64,000 bases of DNA from Candidatus Eremiobacteria bacterium (GTDB lineage: Bacteria > Vulcanimicrobiota > Vulcanimicrobiia > Vulcanimicrobiales > Vulcanimicrobiaceae): positions 320,001 to 384,000 of the forward strand of contig CAVTRC010000001.1 of NCBI GenBank assembly GCA_963737065.1, in the 5' to 3' direction. This document shows positions 1 through 9,191 of the stretch, in pieces (within the stretch, counting starts at the first letter, position 1; each line of letters opens with the position of its first letter). The notes below the pieces were generated by a model. The model searched no databases, had not been told where the DNA came from, and saw only the letters and a list, made by a program, of their open reading frames with translations. The position numbers were made by a program, and so were the translations under genes.

Positions 1-7
1 CGGCAGC

Positions 8-814
8 ATGATCCTCGTAGAGGACCTCATGGAGCGCCACGGCATGAAGTGGAACGCCGACGACACGCCCGCCGATGATACGTCAGCGGAAATACTGCGC
101 CTTACGCAGACCGTGCTCGCACGTAATCCGCAGCACCTTTTCGCCAATCATCTCTGCATTCACATCTATGACAATGCGCCCGACCGGACGCCGGCGATCG
201 CGTGCGCGCAACGATTAGACGCGATAACGTTCGTCGAACCGCAAGAGCATCTCGCGCATATGCCGGCACATACGTGGATTGAACTCGGCGACGGAAAAGC
301 CGCGCTCGCATCGAGTGCTCGCGCGTGGGCGCTCCATCCAACCAAATACGCCGAACACGACGCGTACGTGGGGCTCTCCGCGGCGTTATTATGCGATGAC
401 AGTGCGGCCGCCGCAACGTGGAGCAAGCGTCTCGGTGCGATTGAAGGATCCCATCCCAACCTCTCACCACCGCCGTATATTGAACGCGCACGAGCGGACG
501 AAGCGGCCGGAAAAATCGACGACGCGATCGCGATACTGGAACAGCAAATAAAGACGCAAGCGTCGGTCACCGAGCTCGTTCCCTTCTATCCCGCCGATGA
601 AGCGTTGGGCGCACTACTGCTTCGCAGCGGACAGTACACGAAAGCGCGCGATACGTTTACTTCGATTCTCGTTGATCACCCACGGCGTCCACGCGCATTG
701 TTCGGCATGAGCGTTGCACTGGCGCATTTGGGGGATTCGACCGCCGCCCAGCACTATAGCGATGCGTTTGCACAGTACTGGGCCGGCGGTACGTTGACGA
801 TCAACGATTTCTAG
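8..814 (+). CDS. TPR-repeat protein, probably 5'-truncated by the window edge
   Basis: Helical TPR-like segments (HLFANHLCIH, HLAHMPAHTW, LGALLLRSGQY...HPRRPRALFG). The reading frame is open back to the window start. Confidence 0.75.
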   Translation: MILVEDLMERHGMKWNADDTPADDTSAEILRLTQTVLARNPQHLFANHLCIHIYDNAPDRTPAIACAQRLDAITFVEPQEHLAHMPAHTWIELGDGKAALASSARAWALHPTKYAEHDAYVGLSAALLCDDSAAAATWSKRLGAIEGSHPNLSPPPYIERARADEAAGKIDDAIAILEQQIKTQASVTELVPFYPADEALGALLLRSGQYTKARDTFTSILVDHPRRPRALFGMSVALAHLGDSTAAQHYSDAFAQYWAGGTLTINDF

Positions 815-822
815 GGCGTTCG

Positions 823-1020
823 TCACGCTCGCGAAACTCCGCGAAGTACCGCAGCGAGACGGGCGAGCACGTCGCTCGCATATTGTGCGCCGTCAGCCGC
901 GATCACGCGGACGCTCGTACTTCGTGCACTTTCGCACAGCCGCGCTCGGCGCGCGCGTTCGGCAGAAGCAAGAGCATCATCGTGACGTACACGGATTTCG
1001 GCTTCGTGCCATAAGTCCAT
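823..1020 (-). CDS. Small helical hypothetical protein (65 aa, MDLWHEAEIRVRHDDAL...)
   Basis: ATG at 1020 preceded by GAGGA. Lies downstream of a putative attenuator. Confidence 0.6.
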   Translation of the reverse strand: MDLWHEAEIRVRHDDALASAERARRARLCESARSTSVRVIAADGAQYASDVLARLAAVLRGVSRA

Positions 1021-1035
1021 GAGTGTCCTCGATTG

Positions 1036-1086
1036 CAAACAAATGATGAAATGGAAAGGCCCCCGAGCGGTACGCTGGAGGCCTTC
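1036..1086 (-). terminator. Intrinsic terminator hairpin of a putative attenuator
   Basis: Minus strand GAAGGCCTCC-AGCG-TAC-CGCT-C-GGGGGCCTTTC followed by the U-rich run CATTTCATCATTTGTTTG. Confidence 0.6.
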
Positions 1087-1109
1087 AGAATCGAACGGGG
1101 CGCGAACGT

Positions 1110-1217
1110 TTACATGTACGCGACGCTACGATTTCGACATGAAGGCACAGCGGTGATGAATCCGCCTTGCGACGGCACAAGCGGGCTGCAATTGACCATC
1201 AGTGAACGTGTGATCAT
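1110..1217 (-). CDS. Putative 35-aa leader peptide (MITRSLMVNCSPLVPSQGGFITAVPSCRNRSVAYM)
   Basis: Strong SD AAAGGAGG 8 nt before ATG 1217 and TAA at 1110-1112. Too short for the ORF track. Confidence 0.55.
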   Translation of the reverse strand: MITRSLMVNCSPLVPSQGGFITAVPSCRNRSVAYM

Positions 1218-1328
1218 TGTTCGTGCCTCCTTTCATGCGATTCAAGTAGCGAGTGACAACTCTACCACGCTTGGCTTCCCATTCGCAAGAGCGCAAGGAG
1301 GGTTAGCCGACGCCCCTCACCAATCCGT

Positions 1329-1358
1329 TTGACTCCCTCGGATCGCGTTTGATATACT
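1329..1358 (+). promoter_or_regulatory. Sigma70-type promoter of tRNA-Val
   Basis: TTGACT-N18-TATACT with an extended -10 TG, about 22 nt before the tRNA. Confidence 0.6.
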
Positions 1359-1380
1359 GCCGCGGTTGTCCGATACGCGA

Positions 1381-1455
1381 GTGCGTGTAGCTCAGTGGGA
1401 GAGCACCACCTTGACACGGTGGGGGTCGTAGGTTCAATCCCTACCACGCACACCA
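1381..1455 (+). tRNA. tRNA-Val (GAC)
   Basis: Acceptor stem GTGCGTG/CACGCAC, D-arm TAGCTCAGTGGGAGAGC, anticodon arm CCACC-TTGACAC-GGTGG, T-loop GGTTCAATCC, encoded CCA. Confidence 0.97.
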
Positions 1456-1462
1456 TTTCGTC

Positions 1463-1906
1463 TCAATGGTCTTCGTAGTCGGAGAAAACGCAATCAGAAT
1501 AGTACGATGCCCCTTTGCCGCATATTCGGCGGCCCAATTCGTATTGTCGCGTTGTCACGTGGTTCAACGTCCGCAGCATCGGAAGCACGATCGGTCGAAC
1601 TAGAAGTTCGTCGTTTGCGACGTTCGCGGAAACCATTACGTCCCGAACAGCGCGCGAGCGGCCGACAACGACTCGCACGCGCCCCGGCACGGCCGAAAGA
1701 AAGCGGAAATATCCTGCGCCCGACGTAGTCGTCCGCTGAGGCGGTTCGTGAGATGACGTTAACGTAACCGAGATCGGACACACGGGTTGGTTACTTCCGG
1801 CAATTAGTACGCGACCATAGATGCGCCCCGTGTTTCCATCGGCTGACGCGTTCACGATCAACGTCCACCAAAGAGCCAGCGCAACGCTCAGGATCCGCAT
1901 CCTCAT
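1463..1906 (-). CDS. Secreted protein with a carboxypeptidase-regulatory-like (transthyretin-like) beta domain
   Basis: Signal peptide MRMRILSVALALWWTLIVNASA, then TGRIYGRV...VTLTS...TTTSGAGYFRFLSAVPGRVRV. Confidence 0.6.
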   Translation of the reverse strand: MRMRILSVALALWWTLIVNASADGNTGRIYGRVLIAGSNQPVCPISVTLTSSHEPPQRTTTSGAGYFRFLSAVPGRVRVVVGRSRAVRDVMVSANVANDELLVRPIVLPMLRTLNHVTTRQYELGRRICGKGASYYSDCVFSDYEDH

Positions 1907-2279
1907 AAAGAGCGCGCTGGTCTGCGAGTCCGTGACTCTTAGGGCGATGCGTCGATGTGGATCGACCAAGCTAACATGGACAGTTTGCGGGGGCCAGCGT
2001 GATCGGAGTTGACCCGCTTCCGTGGAGACGTTCAATCTTACAGAGAAACGCCTCCTCATGGCAAAGCGCCCCAGGTACCGGACCGGAATTTCGGCATAGG
2101 ATCATCGAGCTGGTTGGAACGCCTGTCCGCGTTCGACGCTGTACTACAAGCCGCTACCGGGTCTCAGATCGATTTGGAGTTGATACGGCGGATCGCAGCC
2201 AGCTTTGATGGACCCGCGGCTGGTACACGGACGTGCTGTGATCTCCGCGCGCAAAACGGCAGGCGCTAAAGACGGCCGA

Positions 2280-3539
2280 CTATTCCTCTTTGCGCGCGTC
2301 GAAGAATCCGATATCCATTCCGTTTTGCCAAAACGTTCCCGAGAACAAGCCGCGATTCGCGGAAAGACCGGCGACGTGCACCTCGCCCGTCGATGAGATT
2401 CCTTGGCAATTGATTTCTTTGTAAGAAATGCGTTGTGCTGAAGCGCTTATAGGAATCGTCAAATGCAAGTTCGTTTCTTGCTCGCACGGCGTAGCCCGCT
2501 GTCCACCCACGCTCTCCTTATGCAAATCCATGACGATCGTATTGCTGTTCGAGACGGTGGCGTTTCCAGCCCACACGATCGTACCGACCACAACGTTCGA
2601 CTCGGTGATGCGCCACGTACCTTGAAGCGCGATCTTGCGACCTGCCGGAGCTGCCGCCGCCGTCGGTGGGCGGCTCGATTGCGTAGGGGACGCAGTTGGC
2701 ATTGCAGGCGCCGGCGTAGTCGATTCTGCTGTTGCTGGAGACGCCGCTACCGAAGTATGCCTCACGCTCGCCGACATCGACGGCGATGGGATCGCCGTTA
2801 CAGCGACACGCGTGCTCTGTAGTTTTGGAGGTCGAGTCGACAACGCACTAATGGTCGCACTCGACGTATTGCGCGGCGGAACGGTAGTCGGCACAGCAGT
2901 TGCGGTTGCTGTCGCGGTCGGCGTAGTCAAGCGCGTTGGCATCGCTCTTACCGCGGGAATCGGCGTTCCCGGTGCGGCGCCGAGTAGAGTCGTCGCCGTC
3001 GCGCTGGGAGTCGGCGTGATCGCTTCGGAGACGCGGCTTGGCCGCGGTGTCCAACGCGGCATGACAACGGCCAAAGCTATTCCAATTGTGAACCCGACGA
3101 GCACGACGACGACCGCCGACACGACCATCGTCAGAGGTGAACTGAGCATTCGCCGTGACAGACGGCGGGGCTGGTTCGATCGGAGTTGAAGCATTCGCTC
3201 GATGTCTGCGTCATCGAAAAAGGCGATCGCACGCGGATGCGCAAGCAGAAAGCGTTCCAGACGCGTCCTGAATTCCGAGGGCAGCGTCAGGAAGTGCGCG
3301 AGAACCGCTGTTTCACGCGGCCCGTCATCGAACATCCCAAGTAGTGAATCATCGGGCGGCGCCACCGGCACATCAAATGCTATTGCGAGCTGAGCCAAGT
3401 CAGCGGCAGGCATGCGTGGCACTGCTCGGCGCAACGCCGCATAGCTCTCGTCTATCGGGACGGTCCGTACGTAAGACGATACGCGGGCTACGACATCTGC
3501 AGGCCGTAATGTCGCGAGCGCTCGATCAACCCATGCCAC
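2280..3539 (-). CDS. Single-pass membrane protein with a Pro/Thr/Ala-rich linker and an extracytoplasmic beta domain
   Basis: Long ORF with one TM segment (LTMVVSAVVVVLVGFTIGIALAVVM) and a low-complexity stalk. The start is uncertain (GTG 3539 or upstream). Confidence 0.65.
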   Translation of the reverse strand: MAWVDRALATLRPADVVARVSSYVRTVPIDESYAALRRAVPRMPAADLAQLAIAFDVPVAPPDDSLLGMFDDGPRETAVLAHFLTLPSEFRTRLERFLLAHPRAIAFFDDADIERMLQLRSNQPRRLSRRMLSSPLTMVVSAVVVVLVGFTIGIALAVVMPRWTPRPSRVSEAITPTPSATATTLLGAAPGTPIPAVRAMPTRLTTPTATATATAVPTTVPPRNTSSATISALSTRPPKLQSTRVAVTAIPSPSMSASVRHTSVAASPATAESTTPAPAMPTASPTQSSRPPTAAAAPAGRKIALQGTWRITESNVVVGTIVWAGNATVSNSNTIVMDLHKESVGGQRATPCEQETNLHLTIPISASAQRISYKEINCQGISSTGEVHVAGLSANRGLFSGTFWQNGMDIGFFDARKEE

Positions 3540-3675
3540 GCCGTGTATCTTACCCACCTTCGTTTGAACGTGGCACAGCGGTACGACAGCGGTGCGCAAA
3601 CGGCGCAGACAACGGCCGTGCGCTTGCAGGCTCTACCGCTAAAAAATCGTCGAGCAATCAGAGGTCGATGTGCCG

Positions 3676-4293
3676 ATGCGAAATCGCGTAACACCGTACG
3701 GTGAGATCGTCGCGCTTCCCGGCCGCGGGACGATGCTTGGCAATCGAGGCGTCATCCACAATGCACGCAAGGAAATCGTGCGCTCGTGGCAAGTCAAACG
3801 CTGGATTGCGTGCGCGCTCGAGTTTCGCGGACGGCGGCGTGAAGTGATGGAGCCAAATCGATGGACGCACCTCTTCTTTCTCGACGAAGCCGCCGCGTTT
3901 AGCGCGGGGCATCGGCCGTGCGCGGAATGCCGTAACGCCGATTACAAACGTTTCCGCGCACTGTGGGAAGCGGTGCACGACACAACGGCCGGTGCAGATG
4001 CGATCGACGAAGCGCTGCACGCGAGCCGCTTACAGCATCGGCAAAAGCGAACGTATCGAGCGGCGATCCACGAACTACCCGACGGCACATACGTCGCGCT
4101 CGACGGCGAGCCATGGTTAATGTGGGGTGACTCGATCTACCGATGGTCCGACGCCGGGTACACGACGCAACGGCCTCGTCCAACGCATCGCGAGGTCGAA
4201 GTCCTTACGCCGGAAGCCGCCGTAGCAATCTTCGCGGCCGGTTACCGGCCGGGCGTTCACCCGACGGTCGATACGCCACGCATCTCTCCGTGA
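3676..4293 (+). CDS. Conserved hypothetical protein with an Ada-like metal-binding motif
   Basis: MRNRVTPYG...GNRG and FLDEAAAFSAGHRPCAECR, resembling the Ada Zn-binding GxRPCxxC motif. Confidence 0.75.
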   Translation: MRNRVTPYGEIVALPGRGTMLGNRGVIHNARKEIVRSWQVKRWIACALEFRGRRREVMEPNRWTHLFFLDEAAAFSAGHRPCAECRNADYKRFRALWEAVHDTTAGADAIDEALHASRLQHRQKRTYRAAIHELPDGTYVALDGEPWLMWGDSIYRWSDAGYTTQRPRPTHREVEVLTPEAAVAIFAAGYRPGVHPTVDTPRISP

Positions 4294-4349
4294 CGGAGCA
4301 TGTTCGACGCATCGGCACTGCGAATGGCGACGTAAAACGGGAGGTACTC

Positions 4350-6035
4350 GTGAAGCGCATTCTCGCCGCTCTTTTTTCGCTGTCGTTCTTCGCGTACGCC
4401 GCGCCGCTGCACGCACAGACGCCGGCGCCGCAAGCGCCGTCCGATGACGCGCTCGCGGCGCTGGTGCGTCAGAAAATCAAGCACGTTTTCGTTATCTATC
4501 AGGAGAACCGCTCGTTCGACTCGTACTTCGGTACGTTTCCCGGCGCTGAAAATCTGACGTCTACGCTCGCGCAGACGCAAGGGTTTCGCCAGTACGATCC
4601 GCTCGGCAATCAGTGGGTGACCCCCTTTCGAATCACGACGCCCGATACGGCAGACGCCAACCACGCGCGTCAAGCGCTCATCACGAAGGCCGACGACGGA
4701 CGAATGGATCTCTACGTCGCGACCGAGGAGTTTGGATTGCTCGCGCGCGGCTATTCGCGCGACGACGCCCAACGCGTCGGCCTGCTTACGATGGCCTTCG
4801 AAGACTGCGACATGATTCCGTACTACTGGCAGTACGCGCACAACTTTGCACTCTTCGATCATTTCTTTCAAGCGATGTACGCGCCGTCGACACCGGGCAA
4901 CATCGACCTAATCGCCGCGCAAACCGGGCAGACGCAGTGGGCGCGACATCCGAACGAGGCATTCAAGTCGAGCGGAAACGGATCGGGCGTCCCGGTCGTT
5001 GACGATCTTCCGCCCGCGTTCGGGCCGTACGGTGACGGCGAAACTCCAAAGACGACGCAAGACGATCTCACGTTTGCAACGCTTTTTCTTACGCTTTCCG
5101 GCAAGGACGCGACCAACGCCAAACGCGATGACGACGACATCAAAAATGATGTCGCTTCACTCGCGCAGCGCGGCGCACCGGCAGTTCCGTGGGGCTGGTA
5201 TCAGGAAGGCTTCGGCGCTACGCCGGAAAACGGCCGCTCGCCGTATGTGACGCATCACAATTCACTGCAATACTTCGGGTATCTGCGCAACAACGACTAC
5301 TTCTGGCGCGGCGTGCACAACGTCAGCGAACTGCTGCCCGCGATTCGAAACGGAACCCTGGGCGACCGCGGCGTCGTTTTCGTCAAGGGCGGATATCAGG
5401 ATCCCTTCGGGTTCAAGCCCGCAGACACGAGCGCGTACGTTCAAAAAACGTTTCAAGGCGACGATGATCATCCGGGATATTCCGACTCACAAATATCCGA
5501 AGCATTTGTCGCAACGTTCGTGAACGCGGTGGCGAAGAGCACGTACTGGAACGATTCCGTAATTCTGATCACGTGGGATGACTCGGAGGGCTTCTACGAT
5601 CACATGTCGCCGCCGAAGTTCGAACGCTGCCCCGACGGCTATCCCTGTGGCGACGGTCCACGCGTTCCGGCGATCCTCATCTCGCCGTACGGGAAAGATC
5701 GCACGATTGTGCGCGATCCTTCCGATCACACATCGTTTGCAAAGATGCTCGGACGCGTCTTCAATCTTCCCGCGCTTGCATCACTTCCCGACGAAGCACC
5801 GTACCTTCCCGAAGGACCGCGCGACACGAACGCGCGTCTCTCTGATTTGCTCGGGGGGTTCGACGCGGAACGACTGAGCGGAACGAAACTCCCGATTCCC
5901 GCATCACAGGCGATCGTCGCGGACATCGGCGTTCCACCAAAAGAATCGTGTTCATCGCTCGGCATCGTCCCGAACCACATCCTCGGCGAAGAAAAAGCGC
6001 CCGCCGGGTTTGCTCCGCTCACCGTCGGGCACTGA
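4350..6035 (+). CDS. Secreted phosphoesterase (phospholipase C / AcpA acid phosphatase family)
   Basis: GGAGG SD with GTG start, signal peptide, and IKHVFVIYQENRSFDSYFG, TWDDSEGFYDH and GPRVPAILISP motifs. Confidence 0.9.
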   Translation: MKRILAALFSLSFFAYAAPLHAQTPAPQAPSDDALAALVRQKIKHVFVIYQENRSFDSYFGTFPGAENLTSTLAQTQGFRQYDPLGNQWVTPFRITTPDTADANHARQALITKADDGRMDLYVATEEFGLLARGYSRDDAQRVGLLTMAFEDCDMIPYYWQYAHNFALFDHFFQAMYAPSTPGNIDLIAAQTGQTQWARHPNEAFKSSGNGSGVPVVDDLPPAFGPYGDGETPKTTQDDLTFATLFLTLSGKDATNAKRDDDDIKNDVASLAQRGAPAVPWGWYQEGFGATPENGRSPYVTHHNSLQYFGYLRNNDYFWRGVHNVSELLPAIRNGTLGDRGVVFVKGGYQDPFGFKPADTSAYVQKTFQGDDDHPGYSDSQISEAFVATFVNAVAKSTYWNDSVILITWDDSEGFYDHMSPPKFERCPDGYPCGDGPRVPAILISPYGKDRTIVRDPSDHTSFAKMLGRVFNLPALASLPDEAPYLPEGPRDTNARLSDLLGGFDAERLSGTKLPIPASQAIVADIGVPPKESCSSLGIVPNHILGEEKAPAGFAPLTVGH

Positions 6036-6050
6036 CGCGCATCGCACACG

Positions 6051-6932
6051 TTAACGCGAGGTTCGGCCGCGATTCAACCGATATTCAACGAAGCTGCGCG
6101 CGAGCAGATTCGTGAGGAAGACGAAGATCATGAGCAACGCCGCCGCCGCGTACGCGAGCTGATGTGATTCTTCGAACGGCTGACTGATGTACGTCCACAC
6201 GACATACGTCAAGTAGCCGACGGGCGAGTGCGTCGGGTGCAGCGTCGGCATGTAACTCGACCAGCCCGCGGTGTAGATGAGCGGCGCCGTTTCACCGAGC
6301 CCGATGCCCGTCGCAATCAGTAGGCCGGTGAGAATCCCCGGCAACGCATACGGAAAGTCGATCGACGCGACAACCATTGCGGGCCGGGCACCGAGTGCGA
6401 CCGCGCCCTCCCGCATCGTACGCGGCACGTTCGTCAACGCAACATCCGCCGCGCGCACGACATACGGCAGCATAAAGATCGCAAGCGCGAGCGATCCCGC
6501 GATCAGCGAGAATCCCCAGCCCACTTCTTCCACGAGCGCGACGTAGAGAAAATAGCCGACGACGATCGACGGCACGCCGGCAAGCACATCGACCATGAAC
6601 CGGATCGTGCGTTTGCCCCACCGCGGCGCAAACTCCACCGTCCACAGCGCCGTGCCAAGACCAACGATAATCACGAGAACGAGCCCGATCGCGACCAACA
6701 TGATCGTCCCCACAATCGCGTTCGCTAGACCGCCGGCGACGCCGTGCGTCGTCGTCACGAATATCGACGGTTTTAGCGCCGGAAGGCCGCGGCCGAGAAC
6801 AAATGCGAAAATGGAGAACAGCAATCCGATCACCGCAACGAGACACGCGACGCTAACCGTCCACCAGCCGCGGCTGATCCACGTGCTTCGCGCGGTGCCG
6901 TGCAGCGGTTCGAAAATGTCCGCCGTCGTCAT
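6051..6932 (-). CDS. pstA: Phosphate ABC transporter permease PstA
   Basis: LAGVPSIVVG, REGAVALGA and GETAPLIYT motifs. Third gene after pstS and pstC. Confidence 0.93.
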   Translation of the reverse strand: MTTADIFEPLHGTARSTWISRGWWTVSVACLVAVIGLLFSIFAFVLGRGLPALKPSIFVTTTHGVAGGLANAIVGTIMLVAIGLVLVIIVGLGTALWTVEFAPRWGKRTIRFMVDVLAGVPSIVVGYFLYVALVEEVGWGFSLIAGSLALAIFMLPYVVRAADVALTNVPRTMREGAVALGARPAMVVASIDFPYALPGILTGLLIATGIGLGETAPLIYTAGWSSYMPTLHPTHSPVGYLTYVVWTYISQPFEESHQLAYAAAALLMIFVFLTNLLARSFVEYRLNRGRTSR

Positions 6933-7981
6933 GCGGCACCACGCCCTTCACTGCGGTCCGCGCCGCGCATCACGCTTCGCGCAATGATGTTGATCAGCAG
7001 CGTAATGAGAAAGAGCACCACGGCAAGTTCCGCAAGCGACCGTTGCGCCATACCCGTGGCGTCCGTTAGCGCCGATTCCAACTGCGAGACGATCACGGCA
7101 GCGATCGTGTTGATCGGCGAAAAGACGTTTTGCGGAAACGTATTGACGGCCGCACCGCACACCATGAGGACCGCCATCGTCTCACCGATCGCGCGTCCGA
7201 ACGCAAGCAACACCGATGCAAGGACTCCCGCGCGAACGCTCGGCAACACCGCGCGCGTCATTGCCTGCCAACTGCTGCTGCCGAGCGCCATACTCGCTTC
7301 GAAGATCGCATTCGACTGCGCGAGGATCACGTCGCGCGTCGTAGCGACCATGATCGGAATAACCATGAGCGAGAGAATGAACACCGACGCCGCGAGCCCG
7401 TTGCCGCTTCCCGCTGAGCCTCCGACGAAGGGAACGAACCCCAGATGCGACGTGGCCCAGGGCCCGAACGCGCGCGCAATCCACGGCACGAGCACGACGA
7501 GTCCCCACAGTCCGTACACGACCGACGGGATTCCCGCCATCAATTCAACGAGCGCATTCGTCAATGGCCGCACTGGGCGAGGCACGCGATAGACGAGCGA
7601 AAGCGCAACCATAATGGAAAGCGGCACGGCGATCACCATCGTGCACACCGCGCTCAGCACCGAACCAAAGATGAAGACAAGCGCACCAAACGATGCGTTC
7701 GGCGCGCCGGCGAATCCATGACGCGTGGTGACGCCGTTCGCGTACTGATTGCCGATGTTCCAAATCGGACTTGTAAGAAATTGCAGTCCGTTGAACCGTA
7801 TCGCCGGATACGCGTACACGAGCAGAAAGAACAGCATCAAAAAGATAATCGCGAAACTGATGACCGCTGCAACCGCCGTCAGAATGCGAAGTACGAGCTG
7901 CGCGCCGATTCGCTGGAGCGCGGCCGGCGATACGGCTTTCGCGGTATCCCCCCCACTGATGGCCATCTTTGCTGTCGCCAT
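6929..7981 (-). CDS. pstC: Phosphate ABC transporter permease PstC
   Basis: ELMAGIPSVVYGLWG, EASMALG and GRAIGETMAVLMV motifs. Confidence 0.95.
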   Translation of the reverse strand: MATAKMAISGGDTAKAVSPAALQRIGAQLVLRILTAVAAVISFAIIFLMLFFLLVYAYPAIRFNGLQFLTSPIWNIGNQYANGVTTRHGFAGAPNASFGALVFIFGSVLSAVCTMVIAVPLSIMVALSLVYRVPRPVRPLTNALVELMAGIPSVVYGLWGLVVLVPWIARAFGPWATSHLGFVPFVGGSAGSGNGLAASVFILSLMVIPIMVATTRDVILAQSNAIFEASMALGSSSWQAMTRAVLPSVRAGVLASVLLAFGRAIGETMAVLMVCGAAVNTFPQNVFSPINTIAAVIVSQLESALTDATGMAQRSLAELAVVLFLITLLINIIARSVMRGADRSEGRGAA

Positions 7982-7990
7982 GCTATGTGC

Positions 7991-9040
7991 TTATTGGATC
8001 TTGTCGATCTGCGCCCGGCTCAGTTTCACGATCGACGCCGGAAGCGGCAAGAAGTGAACCGCGCCGAGATACTTTGAGTTCTGTCCGGACGTCAGCGTCC
8101 AATTGAGGAATTTTTTGAGCGCCGCGGACGTCGCGCTGTCGGGCTGCTTCGGATTGACGATCGCATACTCGTAATTGATGATCGGGTACGATTGCGCGCC
8201 GGCAGCGAACACAAGCGAGATGCGTTCGTCTTCGGGCGTCGACTTGGCCGTTGCCGCAACGGCCGCTGCGATCGTCGAACGCGTCGGAAGAACGAACGTT
8301 CCGTCTCGGTTTTGCAACGCCGCGTACCCGAGGCCGGCCTTTTGCGTTTCGTTCAGGAAGCTTACGCCGACGTACGCAACGGAGTACCTCGTGTTTTGAC
8401 ACGTCTGCACCATACCCGGGTTTCCCGTCGCACCGACGGCGTTGCCGACTGCGGGCCAGCTAATCGTCGTGCCGTAGCTCGGTCCGTTCGCCCATGACGG
8501 CGTCGATTTTGCCAAGTACTGCGTGAACGTAAACGTATCGCCCGAGCCGTCTGCACGATGGATCGGAACAATTTGTTGATGTGAAAGCTTTGACGCAAGC
8601 GCCTTGTTGATCTGTTTGATCTTCGAGTCGTCCCAGTATTTGATGTCGCCGGAGTAGATGCCGGCGAGAACGGGACCCGATAGATTCAAGTGTTGGTTCG
8701 CGTTGATTCCCGGAATATTGTAGTTGACTTGTTGCGCGGAAATCGCGAGCGGGATGTTGAGCATCGGGCTGTTCTTCATCTGCCCGTTCGGTAAATACGC
8801 GTCGGAAGCGCCGATTTGCGCAACGCCGGCGATCGTTTGCGAGATCCCCGTACCGCTCCCCGTTCCTTGCGTCGTGATTTGAACGTCGCGGTGTTCCTTT
8901 TGATAATCCGCGACCCACAGATTCATCAATGGATAGAGTAACGTCGAACCGGTCTCGAGCAGGTTCGTCGCAGCGAGAACGCGTCCGGCTGCGGACGCGA
9001 GCAGCAGCGCGGCGACTGCCAAGGCAAGGATCGTACGCAT
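7991..9040 (-). CDS. pstS: Phosphate-binding protein PstS
   Basis: Signal peptide and GSTLLYP, GTGSGTG, GASDA, HRADGSGDT and YPI motifs. Confidence 0.95.
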   Translation of the reverse strand: MRTILALAVAALLLASAAGRVLAATNLLETGSTLLYPLMNLWVADYQKEHRDVQITTQGTGSGTGISQTIAGVAQIGASDAYLPNGQMKNSPMLNIPLAISAQQVNYNIPGINANQHLNLSGPVLAGIYSGDIKYWDDSKIKQINKALASKLSHQQIVPIHRADGSGDTFTFTQYLAKSTPSWANGPSYGTTISWPAVGNAVGATGNPGMVQTCQNTRYSVAYVGVSFLNETQKAGLGYAALQNRDGTFVLPTRSTIAAAVAATAKSTPEDERISLVFAAGAQSYPIINYEYAIVNPKQPDSATSAALKKFLNWTLTSGQNSKYLGAVHFLPLPASIVKLSRAQIDKIQ

Positions 9041-9064
9041 CTGCACATATCGTGCTGCGTTTCG

Positions 9065-9103
9065 AACTAAAGTGACTTTAAAAGCGGCTTATGGTGTCCT
9101 TAA
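9065..9103 (-). promoter_or_regulatory. Pho-box-like array of four 11-bp-period direct repeats upstream of pstS
   Basis: Minus strand TTAAGG (9103), ATAAGC (9092), TTAAAG (9081), TTAGTT (9070), with an exact 11-bp period in an AT-rich patch. Confidence 0.6.
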
Positions 9104-9191
9104 TAGTGCGACGTTGCGCGCAGCGATCGGGGTGCTTGCGCTGACACGCGTTCTAAGGATCGATCCCGCCGATGCCGAATCGGCGTCCTCT

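Noticed and set aside
1430..1455. tRNA 3' end as the attachment site of an integrated island
   Set aside because: No integrase and no duplicate of the tRNA 3' end were seen in the window.
1262..1456. 64-aa minus-strand ORF MVCVVGIEPTT…
   Set aside because: It is the antisense shadow of tRNA-Val.
2009..2269. 86-aa ORF between two minus-strand genes
   Set aside because: No SD or motif. It may be debris and cannot be supported.
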